DNA from: an uncultured Gammaproteobacteria bacterium
Lineage (GTDB): Bacteria; Pseudomonadota; Gammaproteobacteria; Steroidobacterales; Steroidobacteraceae
DNA: 64,000 nucleotides
Direction: 5' to 3'
NCBI GenBank assembly: GCA_963779985.1
Contig: CAVZZW010000004.1
Location: forward strand, 1,527,624 to 1,591,623
The notes below the pieces were generated by a model. That model was not told where the DNA came from. It ran no database searches and saw only the letters and a list, made by a program, of their open reading frames with translations. This document shows positions 21,970 through 32,077 of the stretch, piece by piece. A program made the position numbers and the translations under genes. Position 1 is the first letter of the stretch. Each line of letters begins with the position of its first letter.

Positions 21970-22607
21970 ATGACGCGAAACGGCGCGCAATATTTGCGCG
22001 GCTGCGCGCGGCCAATCCCGCACCGCGCACCGAATTGATCTACCAGTCACCCTTCGAACTGTTGGTGGCGGTGATTCTGTCCGCCCAAGCCACCGACAAG
22101 AGCGTGAACAAGGCCACGGCGGCCTTGTTTCGCGCTGCGAATACGCCCGCCGCCGTGCTGGCATTGGGAGTCGATGGTCTGTCGCCGTTCATCAAGTCGA
22201 TCGGGCTGTACAACAACAAGGCCAAGAACATCCTTGCCGCCTGTGCGATCTTGCTCGAGCGGCACGGCGGCGCGGTGCCCGCCTCGCGTGAGGAACTCGA
22301 GCAACTGCCGGGGGTCGGCCGAAAAACCGCCAACGTCGTCTTGAACACGGCGTTCGGCGCAGCCACCATAGCCGTCGACACCCATATCTTTCGGGTCGCC
22401 AATCGCACAGGTTTGGCGCGCGCAAAAACCGTGCGCGGCGTGGAGGACAAGCTGCTGAAATTCGTGCCGCCCGAGTATCTGCAAGACGCCCATCACTGGT
22501 TGATTTTGCACGGACGTTACGTGTGCCGGGCGCGCAACCCGGCGTGCCCCACCTGCCCCATAGAAGATCTTTGCGAGTATCGTCACAAGTCACATGCCAG
22601 TATTTGA
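21966..22607 (+). CDS. nth: Endonuclease III
   Basis: [15 protein letters not shown], Hh[22 protein letters not shown], and the C-terminal Fe-S loop [17 protein letters not shown]. Confidence 0.92.
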   Translation: MNDAKRRAIFARLRAANPAPRTELIYQSPFELLVAVILSAQATDKSVNKATAALFRAANTPAAVLALGVDGLSPFIKSIGLYNNKAKNILAACAILLERHGGAVPASREELEQLPGVGRKTANVVLNTAFGAATIAVDTHIFRVANRTGLARAKTVRGVEDKLLKFVPPEYLQDAHHWLILHGRYVCRARNPACPTCPIEDLCEYRHKSHASI

Positions 22608-23046
22608 TTCCCATACCCGTGAACAATTGCGCCGATCCTATGCGGACGCGTGGCGCAAGCATCTGGCGCGTTCCCCGCTCACGGCGCTCGAGGCCATGAT
22701 TGCCGATGTCATCGGTGCACATCCCGAATACCAGGCCCTGATGAGCGATGCCGAGGCGGCGACGGCGTTCGAACCCAACGCCTCCCTGGGTGCCGAGAAT
22801 CCGTTTTTACATATGGGGCTGCATATCGCGGTACGCGAGCAGGTGTCCATCGACCGGCCGCCGGGAGTGCGCGAGTTGCACCACCGGCTGCAAGCGCGGT
22901 ATGGTGACCTGCACCGCGCCGAGCACGCGCTCATGGAGGCGCTCGGCGAAGCGCTGTGGCAAGCCCAACGGGCCGGCAAGGCGCCCGACGAAGGGCTGTA
23001 TTTGGCTCTCGCCCGCCGGCACCTCGAAGCGACCGACGGGCATTGA
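22594..23046 (+). CDS. DUF1841-like protein
   Basis: 150-aa ORF. NPFLHMGLHIAVREQVSIDRP matches my recollection of DUF1841. The start overlaps the nth end. Confidence 0.55.
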   Translation: MPVFDSHTREQLRRSYADAWRKHLARSPLTALEAMIADVIGAHPEYQALMSDAEAATAFEPNASLGAENPFLHMGLHIAVREQVSIDRPPGVRELHHRLQARYGDLHRAEHALMEALGEALWQAQRAGKAPDEGLYLALARRHLEATDGH

Positions 23047-23170
23047 GCCCGCATGCGCCGTGCGGCGAACGTTAAGCAAGCTTCATCCCCGCTTCATCGG
23101 CTCGGTCACCTGCCAGCGCTATTCTTAAGATTCCACGAGCGCCTGCTGGCGGCTTTGAGTCTTCGAGGTA

Positions 23171-23482
23171 ATGACCATGCGTATTTCGGCCGTGGCCGCC
23201 GCTGTGTGCCTTAGCCTGCTGCCCATGGCCGGTGGCTTTGCCGCCACGCCGCCGGCACCGCGGGGCGATGCTCCGGTAGCCGAAGCTGCGGGAACGGGCA
23301 CTTCCGGAAGTGGTGCGTCGACTGCTGCGAAGCCGGCACCGCCGGCACCCGCCGCCCCGCCCTCCAGCGACGCGGCTGCGAAGCATGCCAAGCGCACTGC
23401 GTGCCTCAAGGCGGTCAAGACCAATAAGCTGGTCGGAGCCGAAAAGACTGCGTTCCTGAAGAACTGCATCGCTGCGCCGTAG
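23171..23482 (+). CDS. Small exported protein with PsiF-like C-terminal motif
   Basis: Signal peptide, a Pro/Ala-rich spacer, then KRTACLKAVKTNKLVGAEKTAFLKNCIA (C..K.L.G....F...C pattern). Confidence 0.5.
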   Translation: MTMRISAVAAAVCLSLLPMAGGFAATPPAPRGDAPVAEAAGTGTSGSGASTAAKPAPPAPAAPPSSDAAAKHAKRTACLKAVKTNKLVGAEKTAFLKNCIAAP

Positions 23483-23491
23483 CGCAGTGCT

Positions 23492-23902
23492 TCAGCGCGC
23501 GCGAGGCGGAGATTTTCGTTTGATGGAGGCGGTTCGGACGGTCCGCTTCGGTTGGCCGATTTTGAGATGCCGGCCTACATCCCCCATGCAAGTGTCGGCC
23601 AAAGGCTGCAGGCTGGTTTCCAAACGGCGATATCCCGCCACCAATTGAGTGCCAAATGCAGTCAGGACCACTCCGCCACCGCCGCGGCCTCCGACGCTGG
23701 CATGAGCCACCGGCTGGTCGAAACTCACGTTCATCTCCTCGAGCAGCAGCCAAGCGCGCCGATAGCTCATCCGCATCTCGCGTGCGGCTTGCGACAGCGA
23801 GCCGGTACGCGCAATGCCTTCGAGAAGTTCGATCTTGCCGACGCCGACCGAACACCGGTTGCCGAAATCGACTCGAAATCGCACCGTGAGGGCATTGGCC
23901 AC
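23492..23902 (-). CDS. ModE N-terminal-like winged-helix regulator (no molybdate-binding domain)
   Basis: GVGKIELLEGIARTGSLSQAAREMRMSYRRAWLLLEEMN..GGRGGGGVVLTAFG. The start is set at GTG 23902 to avoid overlap with the upstream gene. Confidence 0.6.
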   Translation of the reverse strand: MANALTVRFRVDFGNRCSVGVGKIELLEGIARTGSLSQAAREMRMSYRRAWLLLEEMNVSFDQPVAHASVGGRGGGGVVLTAFGTQLVAGYRRLETSLQPLADTCMGDVGRHLKIGQPKRTVRTASIKRKSPPRAR

Positions 23903-23915
23903 GTACTCTTCCTCG

Positions 23916-24461
23916 TCAAAGCTTCCGCGGCGGTGATGGAGTGACGGTGACCAGCACCTCATCCTTCACGGCATTGCTGAACTGAAGGACGAGTGGCTGC
24001 ATGCCGGCCAGGTCGAACTCCACGATCTTATGCGGCGCGCTGCATCCGCGTTGACCTTGGAAATCCGTCGGCGCTGCCAGGGTTCCATTCGACACCACAT
24101 CGATCCACGAGGGCAGGTCGATCGCAACGCGGTAGTTGCCTGAGGCCGGTACTTTCAATGTCGCGAGGCCGGCGTATGCGGACGTGGACGCCGCCTTCTT
24201 CGCCGGACTTACCGCGGCGAAGGTCACTGAATCCTGGGGCAGGAGCTTGAGGCGGTACAGGCGATTCGGCACGACGACGGGCGCGGACATCGGGTCCTTG
24301 CCCGCCGCCGCTGCGGCCGGCGTTGCCGCGAACAGCGCGCGTTCCTTGCTCACATCCCATTTGAAATCCACGCAACCGTCGTCCGCAAACACCGGGAGGG
24401 CGGCGCTTCCCAGAAGGAGCGCGAGAAGAAACGAACAGGCCTTATCGCGGGTCGAGTGCAT
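23916..24461 (-). CDS. Exported hypothetical protein
   Basis: 181 aa with signal peptide FLLALLLGSAALPVFA. No motif recognised. Confidence 0.55.
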   Translation of the reverse strand: MHSTRDKACSFLLALLLGSAALPVFADDGCVDFKWDVSKERALFAATPAAAAAGKDPMSAPVVVPNRLYRLKLLPQDSVTFAAVSPAKKAASTSAYAGLATLKVPASGNYRVAIDLPSWIDVVSNGTLAAPTDFQGQRGCSAPHKIVEFDLAGMQPLVLQFSNAVKDEVLVTVTPSPPRKL

Positions 24462-24470
24462 GGATCCTCG

Positions 24471-26315
24471 CTAGCGTTTCGGGATGTAGAGGTCCGTCAG
24501 CGTGCCCTCGAAGGCCTCGGCGGCGAACGCAACGGTCTCCGAGAGCGTCGGATGGGCATGAATGGTCAACCCAATATCCGCCGCGTCGGCGCCCATTTCG
24601 ATCGCGAGTGCGGCTTCGGCAATCAGGTCGCCGGCGTTGGTGCCGACGATGCCCGCACCGATGATTCTATGAGTCTCTTTGTCGAACAGTACCTTGGTGA
24701 AACCCTCGTCGCGATTGAGCGCCAAGGAACGGCCGCTCGCGGCCCAGGGAAATTGGCCCTTACCGTACTGGATGTTGCGTGCTTTGGCATCGGCTTCGTT
24801 GATTCCCACCCAAGCAATTTCCGGGTCGGTATACGCAACCGAGGGAATGCAGCGGGCGTCGAACGCCGACTTCTGGCCGGCTGCCACTTCCGCAGCGACC
24901 TTCGCTTCGTGCGACGCCTTGTGCGCCAACATCGGTGCCCCGACCACATCACCGATCGCAAAAATATGCGGCACATTCGTGCGCATTTGCTTGTCCACGG
25001 CGATGATGCCGCGCGGGCTGACCGCAACGCCCGCGGCAGCCGCGTTGACCGCATTGCCGTTGGCGCTGCGCCCCACCGCCACCAGCACCCGGTCGAACAC
25101 CTGCGGCTGCGGCGCATCGGGCCCATCGAATGTCGCGCGCAGTCCTTCCTGCAGCGCCTCGAGCTTCGCCACCTTGGTGTTGAGCAAGATTCGCTCGTAG
25201 CGCTTTTCAATCCGCTTCTGCAGCGGCCGCACCAGATCCCGATCCGTGCCGGGCATCAAACCGTCGCTCAATTCCACCACCGTGACGCGCGCACCGAGCG
25301 CGTCGTAGACGCAGGCCATCTCCAACCCGATGATGCCGCCGCCGATCACCAGCAGACGTTTGCAATCCGGCGGCAATTCCAGCGCGCCCGTCGAATCCAT
25401 TACCCGGGGATCGTCCGGCAAACCCGGCAGACGTGCCGACTCGGAGCCCGCCGCAATGATGCACTGCTTGAATTCGACGCGGCGTGAGCCACTCGGTCCC
25501 TGCACTTCCAGGGAAAAAGGTCCGGAGAATTTCCCCTCGCCCTGAATCACGTCCACTTTGCGCTGCTTCGCCAGCTGCGCGAGCCCGTTGGTCAATTTCG
25601 TGACCACGCGACTCTTCCAAGCACGCAGGCGGTCGCGGTCGATTTGCGGCGGCGCGAATGCGATGCCGGCAGCAGCCATGTCGGCCGCATCCTCGATCAC
25701 CTTGGCCGCGTGCAACAGCGCCTTGGACGGAATACACCCGACGTTCAAGCACACTCCGCCCAGCATCGGCCAGCGTTCGATCAGCGTTACCTTGAGGCCA
25801 AGATCGGCGGCCCGAAAGGCGGCGGTGTAGCCGCCCGGACCGGCGCCGAGCACCACTAGGTCCACGGCCCCCGCAGGTGCCGCGGCAGCAGCCTTGGGCT
25901 GAGCAGGCGTGGACGTTGCCACGGCCGCGGCTGCAGGCGCCCCCGGCGCAGCCGCAGGTGCGCGTGGCGCGGCAGGTGCAACCGGTGCGGTCGCAGGCGC
26001 ACCCGAAGCTGCGGGTGCAGGCGACACTGCGGCTGCGGGTTTGGCCGCGGGCGCATCCGCAGGTGTTGCCGCCGCTTCGGCCACTTGCACGGTGGCGATC
26101 AACGTCCCCGCCGACACTTCATCGCCTTTCTCGAGCTCGACGGAATTGACCACGCCGCTCACCGGCGACGGCACATCCATCGACGCTTTTTCGGTCTCTA
26201 TCGTTATCAGCGGATCGTCGATGCGAATCTCGCTGCCCTTCTTGACGAGAACATCGACGACGCTGACACCCTTGGCATCGCCGAACTCGGGAACGCGTAC
26301 CTCGACGACGCTCAT
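24471..26315 (-). CDS. lpdA: Dihydrolipoyl dehydrogenase (E3) with N-terminal lipoyl domain
   Basis: The lipoyl domain reads ITIETEKASMDVPSPVSG. After an Ala/Pro linker come GAGPGGYTAAF, the redox-active GGVCLNVGCIPSK, and HAHPTLSE. Confidence 0.92.
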   Translation of the reverse strand: MSVVEVRVPEFGDAKGVSVVDVLVKKGSEIRIDDPLITIETEKASMDVPSPVSGVVNSVELEKGDEVSAGTLIATVQVAEAAATPADAPAAKPAAAVSPAPAASGAPATAPVAPAAPRAPAAAPGAPAAAAVATSTPAQPKAAAAAPAGAVDLVVLGAGPGGYTAAFRAADLGLKVTLIERWPMLGGVCLNVGCIPSKALLHAAKVIEDAADMAAAGIAFAPPQIDRDRLRAWKSRVVTKLTNGLAQLAKQRKVDVIQGEGKFSGPFSLEVQGPSGSRRVEFKQCIIAAGSESARLPGLPDDPRVMDSTGALELPPDCKRLLVIGGGIIGLEMACVYDALGARVTVVELSDGLMPGTDRDLVRPLQKRIEKRYERILLNTKVAKLEALQEGLRATFDGPDAPQPQVFDRVLVAVGRSANGNAVNAAAAGVAVSPRGIIAVDKQMRTNVPHIFAIGDVVGAPMLAHKASHEAKVAAEVAAGQKSAFDARCIPSVAYTDPEIAWVGINEADAKARNIQYGKGQFPWAASGRSLALNRDEGFTKVLFDKETHRIIGAGIVGTNAGDLIAEAALAIEMGADAADIGLTIHAHPTLSETVAFAAEAFEGTLTDLYIPKR

Positions 26316-27709
26316 AGCAGCGCCTTGACATCGCCCAGGGTTTTGGCGAGGAACACCACGAAGCGCGCAGCTTCGGCGCCGTCGATCACGCGATGGTCAT
26401 AGGAGAGCGACAGCGGCATGAGCAGACGCGGCAGAAATGCGCCCCGGTCGTAGACAGGTCGCTGGCTGGATCTCGACACACCCAGGATTGCGACTTCCGG
26501 GGCATTGATGATGGGCGTGAACGCCGTGCCGCCGATGCCGCCCAGACTCGAGATCGTGAACGTTCCACCCTGCATCTCGGTGTTCTTCAATTTACCGGAG
26601 CGCGCCTTCTCCGACATCGCCGCAAGGACGCGCGCAATCTCATAGATTCCCAGCCGGTCGGCATTCGCGATGACCGGAACCACGAGTCCATTCGGCGTAT
26701 CGGCGGCGAAACCGATGTTGAAGTATTTCTTCAAAATCAGATTCTCGCCGCTCGCGTCCAGCGAGGAGTTGAATCTCGGAAATTCCTGCAGCGCCAAAAT
26801 GCAGGCCTTGATGATGAACGCCAGCGGCGTGAGCCGCACGCCTTCCTGAGTCGCCTTGCCCTTCAACGCAACGCGAACCGCGTCGAGGTCGGTGATATCC
26901 GCGTCCTCGTGCTGCGTCACATGCGGCAGATTGATCCAGCTGGCCTGGAGCCGCGCGCCCGAGATCCGCTGTATTCGCGACAGCGGCTTGACCTCGATGG
27001 CCCCGAACTGCGCGAAGTCCACCGCCGGCACCCTGGGCAGGGCCGATGCCGGAGCCGCGGGCGGAGCCGTCAGAATCTTCTTCACATGGGCTTTCACATC
27101 CTCTTGCGTGATGCGGCCCTTGCTGCCGGTTCCCTTGATGCGTCCTAAATCGGCACCCAACTCGCGCGCGAATTTGCGCACCGATGGGCTGGCGTACGCC
27201 TTGGAAAACGCCGCTTCGTCGATCACGGTGTCGGTGTGCGCGGCGGGAGCAGGTGCCACCGCAGCTGCAGCCACGGACGCCGGCGCGCCCTCGAGCGCGG
27301 GGGCCGGTGAGGCCTCGGCGCGAGTTCGCGAAGGCGCTGCCCCGGGGGTGGCAGCGGGAGCCGAGGCTGCATCAGACGCCGGGGCTGCCGCGGGCGCCGG
27401 GCTGGCGCCGGGCACGGGTGCACCGCTCGCGGCCGCCGCTCGAGGGGCGCTTGCCTCGGATGCCGTCGCCGCCGGCTCGATCAGCAGGATCAACGATCCC
27501 TCGGAAACCTTGTCGCCCTGCTTGAGTTTGACCTGCGCGATGCGGCCCGCCACGGGGGCCGGCACGTCCATTGCCGCCTTTTCCGTTTCAATGGTGATCA
27601 GCGGTGCCTCTTTCGCGATCTCTTGACCGTCCTTGACCAGGACGTCGATGACGTTGACGTCCTTGAAGCCGCCAATGTCGGGAACCAGAACTTCGATTGG
27701 ATTGGTCAC
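26312..27709 (-). CDS. aceF: Dihydrolipoamide acetyltransferase (E2) of pyruvate dehydrogenase, single lipoyl domain
   Basis: TIETEKAAMDVPAPVAG, E3-binding SPSVRKFARELGADLGRIKGTGSKGRI, catalytic SLSYDHRVIDGA. Confidence 0.92.
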   Translation of the reverse strand: MTNPIEVLVPDIGGFKDVNVIDVLVKDGQEIAKEAPLITIETEKAAMDVPAPVAGRIAQVKLKQGDKVSEGSLILLIEPAATASEASAPRAAAASGAPVPGASPAPAAAPASDAASAPAATPGAAPSRTRAEASPAPALEGAPASVAAAAVAPAPAAHTDTVIDEAAFSKAYASPSVRKFARELGADLGRIKGTGSKGRITQEDVKAHVKKILTAPPAAPASALPRVPAVDFAQFGAIEVKPLSRIQRISGARLQASWINLPHVTQHEDADITDLDAVRVALKGKATQEGVRLTPLAFIIKACILALQEFPRFNSSLDASGENLILKKYFNIGFAADTPNGLVVPVIANADRLGIYEIARVLAAMSEKARSGKLKNTEMQGGTFTISSLGGIGGTAFTPIINAPEVAILGVSRSSQRPVYDRGAFLPRLLMPLSLSYDHRVIDGAEAARFVVFLAKTLGDVKALL

Positions 27710-27717
27710 GGTACCGC

Positions 27718-30381
27718 CTAGACCGACAGAGGATTGGGCTTTTCCGGATCGATACCGAAGGCCTGCATGGCATCGGTCACCTTCTGCTTGCCGATCTTGC
27801 CGTCATCGGCGAGCGCCTTGAGCGCGGCGATCACCACATAGTGCCGGTCCACTTCGAAGAACCGCCGCAGTTCTGCGCGCGAGTCGCTGCGGCCATAGCC
27901 ATCCGTGCCCAGAACCGCGTAGCGGCCGGGTATCCACTGCCGAATCTGGTCGGCAACGGTTTTCATGTAGTCGCTGGCCGCGATGAAAGGGCCCTCGCGA
28001 TCCGCCAGGGTCTGTTGAATATAATTGCGCTGCGGCGGCTCGTTCGGATGCAGCAGGTTGCGGCGTTCGATCGCCAATGCGTTCTTGCGCAATTCGCTGA
28101 AGCTCGTGACGGAAAAGACGTCGGCAGGCACGCCATAGTTCTTCTCCAGGAGCTCCGCAGCCGCCAGCACCTCGCGCAGAATTGTCCCGGAACCGAACAG
28201 GGTCGCCCGAACCTTGCCGCGGCCACCGGCTTGCAGCAGATACATGCCGCTCAAGATGCCCTGTGCCGCGCCCGCCGGCATCGCCGGGTGCGCGTAGTTC
28301 TCATTCATGCAAGTGATGTAATAGAAGATGTTTTCCTGTTCCTGGTACATCCGCCGCAATCCATCCTGCACGATCACGGCGAGTTCATAGGCGTAGGTTG
28401 GATCGTAGGCCACACAGTTCGGCACCGTGGTCGCAACCAGCTGGCTGTGTCCGTCCTGATGCTGCAGTCCTTCGCCGGCGAGCGTGGTGCGCCCGGCAGT
28501 GCCTCCCACCAGGAAGCCCCGCGCCTGACTGTCGCCCGCCGCCCAAATGAAATCCCCGACTCGTTGAAAGCCGAACATCGAGTAATAAATGTAAAACGGC
28601 ACCATGCTCACGCCATGGTTCGCGTATGCCGTCGCGGCGGCGAGCCAGGAGCACAAGCTGCCCGCTTCGTTGATGCCTTCCTCGAGAATCTGCCCCTGTT
28701 TATCCTCGCGATAGAACATGAGCTGGTCGGCGTCTTGCGGCGTGTAGAGCTGTCCCACCGACGAGTAGATGCCGACCTGGCGGAACATGCCTTCCATGCC
28801 GAAGGTCCGCGCCTCGTCGGGAACGATGGGCACGATGTGCTTGCCGATGTTCTTGTCCTTGACCAAGGCGGTCAGCATGCGCACCAGCGCCATGGTGGTG
28901 GATATTTCGCGATCGGCCGTCCCTTCCAACAGCGAGCTGAACGCCTCGAGCGGCGGTACCGCCAGGGGCGGCGCGGCCGAATGGCGCGCGGGCAGATAGC
29001 CGCCGAGAGCGGCCCGGTGCTCCTGCAGGTACTTGAGCTCTTCGCTATCCTCCGCGGGCTTTCTGAACGTCAACCCGGCGATCTCTGCGTCGGAGATTTG
29101 AATATTGAAGCGATCGCGAACTTCTCTGAGCGCCTCGTCGCCGAGTTTTTTCTGCTGGTGCGCGGAGTTCAGGCCCTCGCCCGCCTTGCCCATCCCGAAT
29201 CCCTTGACGGTTTTCGCCAATATCACGGTGGGTGCGCCCTTGTGGGCGACGGCGGAGGCGTAGGCTGCATATACCTTTTGCGGATCATGGCCGCCGCGAT
29301 TCAGGTGCCAAATTTCCTCATCAGACATATTCGCGACCATCTCCTTCAGCTCTGGGTACTTGCCGAAGAAATGCTCGCGCGTGTAGGCGCCGCCCTTGGA
29401 TTTGAAGTTTTGGTATTCACCGTCCACGCACTCTTCCATCAAGCGCTTGAGCAGACCCTTTTGATCGCGTTCGAGCAGCGGATCCCAGCGCGAACCCCAC
29501 ACCACTTTGATCACATTCCAACCCGCGCCCAGGAACGCCGCTTCGAGCTCCTGAATGATCTTGCCGTTGCCGCGCACCGGTCCGTCGAGCCGCTGCAGAT
29601 TGCAATTGATCACGAAAATGAGGTTGTCGAGCTTCTCGCGTACCGGCATGGTCAGCGCACCCATCGACTCGGGTTCGTCCATTTCACCGTCGCCCAGAAA
29701 CGCCCATACCTTGCGGTCGGAGGGTGGAACGATGCCGCGATGCTCCAGGTAGCGCACGAAACGCGCCTGAAAGATCGCCGTCATCGGACCCAATCCCATC
29801 GACACCGTGGGGAATTGCCAGAAGTCCGGCATCAGCCAGGGATGCGGATAGGACGACAACCCTCCGCCTTTGACTTCCTGGCGAAAGCGCAGCAGCTGAG
29901 TTTCGTCCAGGCGCCCTTCCAAGTACGCGCGCGCATAGATTCCGGGGCTGGAATGTCCCTGCACGAAGATCATGTCCCCGGGATGCGCGGCGCTCTTGGC
30001 GCGCCAGAAATGATTGAATCCGACTTCATAGAGCGTCGCCGCCGACGCGTACGACGCGATATGGCCGCCGTATTCGGAATTCGAGCGGTTCGCCTGCACC
30101 ACCATGGCGAGCGCGTTCCAGCGTATGTAGGCCTCGTTGCGCCGCTCCAAGGAGCGGTCGCCGGGATAGTCGGGCTCCTGTGCCTTGGAGATGGTGTTGA
30201 GGTAGGCCGTGTTCGGCTTGAAGGGCAGGTACGCGCCCGAGCGCCGCGTGAAATCCACCAATTTTTCGAGCAGAAAGTGCGCGCGCTCCGGGCCTTGCGC
30301 ACGCATGACAGAATCGATGGATTCGAGCCACTCCTGCGTTTCGACCGGATCAATGTCTTCGAACGGCGATTGTTGAGTCAT
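27718..30381 (-). CDS. aceE: Pyruvate dehydrogenase E1 component (homodimeric type)
   Basis: 887 aa, intact. DIDPVETQEWLESIDSV, GGHIASYASAATLYEVGFNHFW, GDGEMDEPES. Confidence 0.95.
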   Translation of the reverse strand: MTQQSPFEDIDPVETQEWLESIDSVMRAQGPERAHFLLEKLVDFTRRSGAYLPFKPNTAYLNTISKAQEPDYPGDRSLERRNEAYIRWNALAMVVQANRSNSEYGGHIASYASAATLYEVGFNHFWRAKSAAHPGDMIFVQGHSSPGIYARAYLEGRLDETQLLRFRQEVKGGGLSSYPHPWLMPDFWQFPTVSMGLGPMTAIFQARFVRYLEHRGIVPPSDRKVWAFLGDGEMDEPESMGALTMPVREKLDNLIFVINCNLQRLDGPVRGNGKIIQELEAAFLGAGWNVIKVVWGSRWDPLLERDQKGLLKRLMEECVDGEYQNFKSKGGAYTREHFFGKYPELKEMVANMSDEEIWHLNRGGHDPQKVYAAYASAVAHKGAPTVILAKTVKGFGMGKAGEGLNSAHQQKKLGDEALREVRDRFNIQISDAEIAGLTFRKPAEDSEELKYLQEHRAALGGYLPARHSAAPPLAVPPLEAFSSLLEGTADREISTTMALVRMLTALVKDKNIGKHIVPIVPDEARTFGMEGMFRQVGIYSSVGQLYTPQDADQLMFYREDKQGQILEEGINEAGSLCSWLAAATAYANHGVSMVPFYIYYSMFGFQRVGDFIWAAGDSQARGFLVGGTAGRTTLAGEGLQHQDGHSQLVATTVPNCVAYDPTYAYELAVIVQDGLRRMYQEQENIFYYITCMNENYAHPAMPAGAAQGILSGMYLLQAGGRGKVRATLFGSGTILREVLAAAELLEKNYGVPADVFSVTSFSELRKNALAIERRNLLHPNEPPQRNYIQQTLADREGPFIAASDYMKTVADQIRQWIPGRYAVLGTDGYGRSDSRAELRRFFEVDRHYVVIAALKALADDGKIGKQKVTDAMQAFGIDPEKPNPLSV

Positions 30382-30526
30382 AAATGCACACGCCCACGTG
30401 TCCTGTTAAGATGGCAGGCACGTTACAGCGCTGTTGCGCTAACTGCCACTGCGTTTTTCAACCGGCGCTATCTTCGGGGTTTGGTTTTTCACGGTCAAGC
30501 AAGGGATAGGCTTGCGATTTCACGAT

Positions 30527-32077
30527 ATGCCAACTCGCCTGCCCCTGGACCAGCTGCTCGTGCCCGTGCGCCAAATCGGCGCACGAGTGACGGTATCGCT
30601 CCTCGCCCGGTATTCCAGCGCGTTATTGTTCTTGCCGCTCGCGCCGAGTGCCGCCGACTGGCGGGCCTTGCCGCACGGCGCGGTGCTGCGCGGCCTGCAC
30701 GCGCAAAAGGTACGCAAGGCCGGCGATTGCTTTCACTTACGGGTCGGCGCGCGCGCGCAGACGCTGTTGATCGTCGCGTGTCTGGCCGACGAGGCCGGCA
30801 CCTTCGAACGGCTGCAAGCGGCCGGCAAGCTCGCGCGCAGCGCTTTGGACGGCGAACCGCAATCCCTGCTGCTGTGGCAGCAAGGCTGCGACGCGGAAGC
30901 GGCCAATGCAACCTTGAACGCCGCGCTCGCGGCACTGCAGGCGGCTGCGTTTCGCTTCGCATCGTTCAAGAGCAAGCCGAAACCTCGCGCGCGGCTGGCG
31001 CGCATCGATCTGGCGTCGGCCAGAAAATTGCCCGCGCTCGATCTCACTCTGGCGACCGCCGCCGGCAACAATCTGGCCCGCTGGCTCACGGCATTGCCAC
31101 CCAACACCCTCGACGCGCGCGGCTATCGCCGAATATTGCAGGACATGTCGCGGCGGCTGAAATTCGGCTACAAGTTCTACGGCGAGAGCGCGCTCAAACG
31201 CCTTGGCGCCGGCGCGTTTCTCGCGGTCGCCCGCGGCAACGGCACGCACGATGCCGGCATTGCACATTTATCCTACCGTCCGCGCGGCGCCGGGGCGCCC
31301 GCCCTCAGCCTCGTCGGCAAGGGGATATGTTTCGATACCGGCGGGACCAACTTGAAGCCGCACAAGAGCATGCTGGACATGCACATCGACATGGAAGGCA
31401 GCGCCGTCGCGGTAGGGAGTCTCTATGCACTGCATGCCCTGCGTTCGCCGGCGGCCGTGGATTGCTGGCTGGCGATCACGGAAAACCGCACCGGGCCGCT
31501 TGCCTACAAGCCGCAAGACGTGGTGCGCGCCTACAACGGCACGACCATTCAAGTGATACACACCGACGCCGAGGGCCGCATGGTTCTGGCGGACGCGCTC
31601 AGCCTCGCGGCCGCCAGAAAGCCGCGTGCCATCATCGACTATGCGACGCTCACCGGCGCATGCGTGTATGCGCTCACCGAACGCTACAGCGGTGCGTTCA
31701 CCAACCGGCCGGAAGCGCGCGATTTGATCGAAGCCGCGGGCAGCAGCAGCGGCGAGCGCGTCTGGTGCTTTCCCATGGACGCCGACTACGACACCGACCT
31801 GGAGAGCAGCGTCGCCGATGTGTTGCAGTGTGCGGCCGACGGTAAGGGCGATCACATCTTGGCCGCGCGCTTCTTGAGCCGATTCGTGCCCAAGGAAATA
31901 GCCTGGCTGCATCTCGATTTGGCGGCCGGTTCGCGCCACGGCGGTCTCGGCCACATCGCCACGGAAATAACCGGATTCGGTGTGCGCTACACTCTCGATT
32001 TGGTGCGCCGAGGCTGGCCGCCGGCGGCCGCCGCCGCGCACGCAGCCACGGCCGTCACGGCGCGCGTGCGCACATGA
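30527..32077 (+). CDS. M17 family leucyl aminopeptidase-like protein
   Basis: GKGICFDTGGTNLKP, IHTDAEGRMVLADAL and ATLTGAC motifs. ATG at 30527. Confidence 0.8.
   Translation: MPTRLPLDQLLVPVRQIGARVTVSLLARYSSALLFLPLAPSAADWRALPHGAVLRGLHAQKVRKAGDCFHLRVGARAQTLLIVACLADEAGTFERLQAAGKLARSALDGEPQSLLLWQQGCDAEAANATLNAALAALQAAAFRFASFKSKPKPRARLARIDLASARKLPALDLTLATAAGNNLARWLTALPPNTLDARGYRRILQDMSRRLKFGYKFYGESALKRLGAGAFLAVARGNGTHDAGIAHLSYRPRGAGAPALSLVGKGICFDTGGTNLKPHKSMLDMHIDMEGSAVAVGSLYALHALRSPAAVDCWLAITENRTGPLAYKPQDVVRAYNGTTIQVIHTDAEGRMVLADALSLAAARKPRAIIDYATLTGACVYALTERYSGAFTNRPEARDLIEAAGSSSGERVWCFPMDADYDTDLESSVADVLQCAADGKGDHILAARFLSRFVPKEIAWLHLDLAAGSRHGGLGHIATEITGFGVRYTLDLVRRGWPPAAAAAHAATAVTARVRT

Noticed and set aside
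27697-31845. 1382-aa plus-strand ORF, the longest in the track
   Set aside because: It runs antisense to aceE, whose translation is unmistakable, and then through the aminopeptidase gene in a wrong frame. Its product is Arg/Ala/Gly-rich low-complexity sequence. This is the usual stop-codon-poor antisense frame of high-GC DNA.
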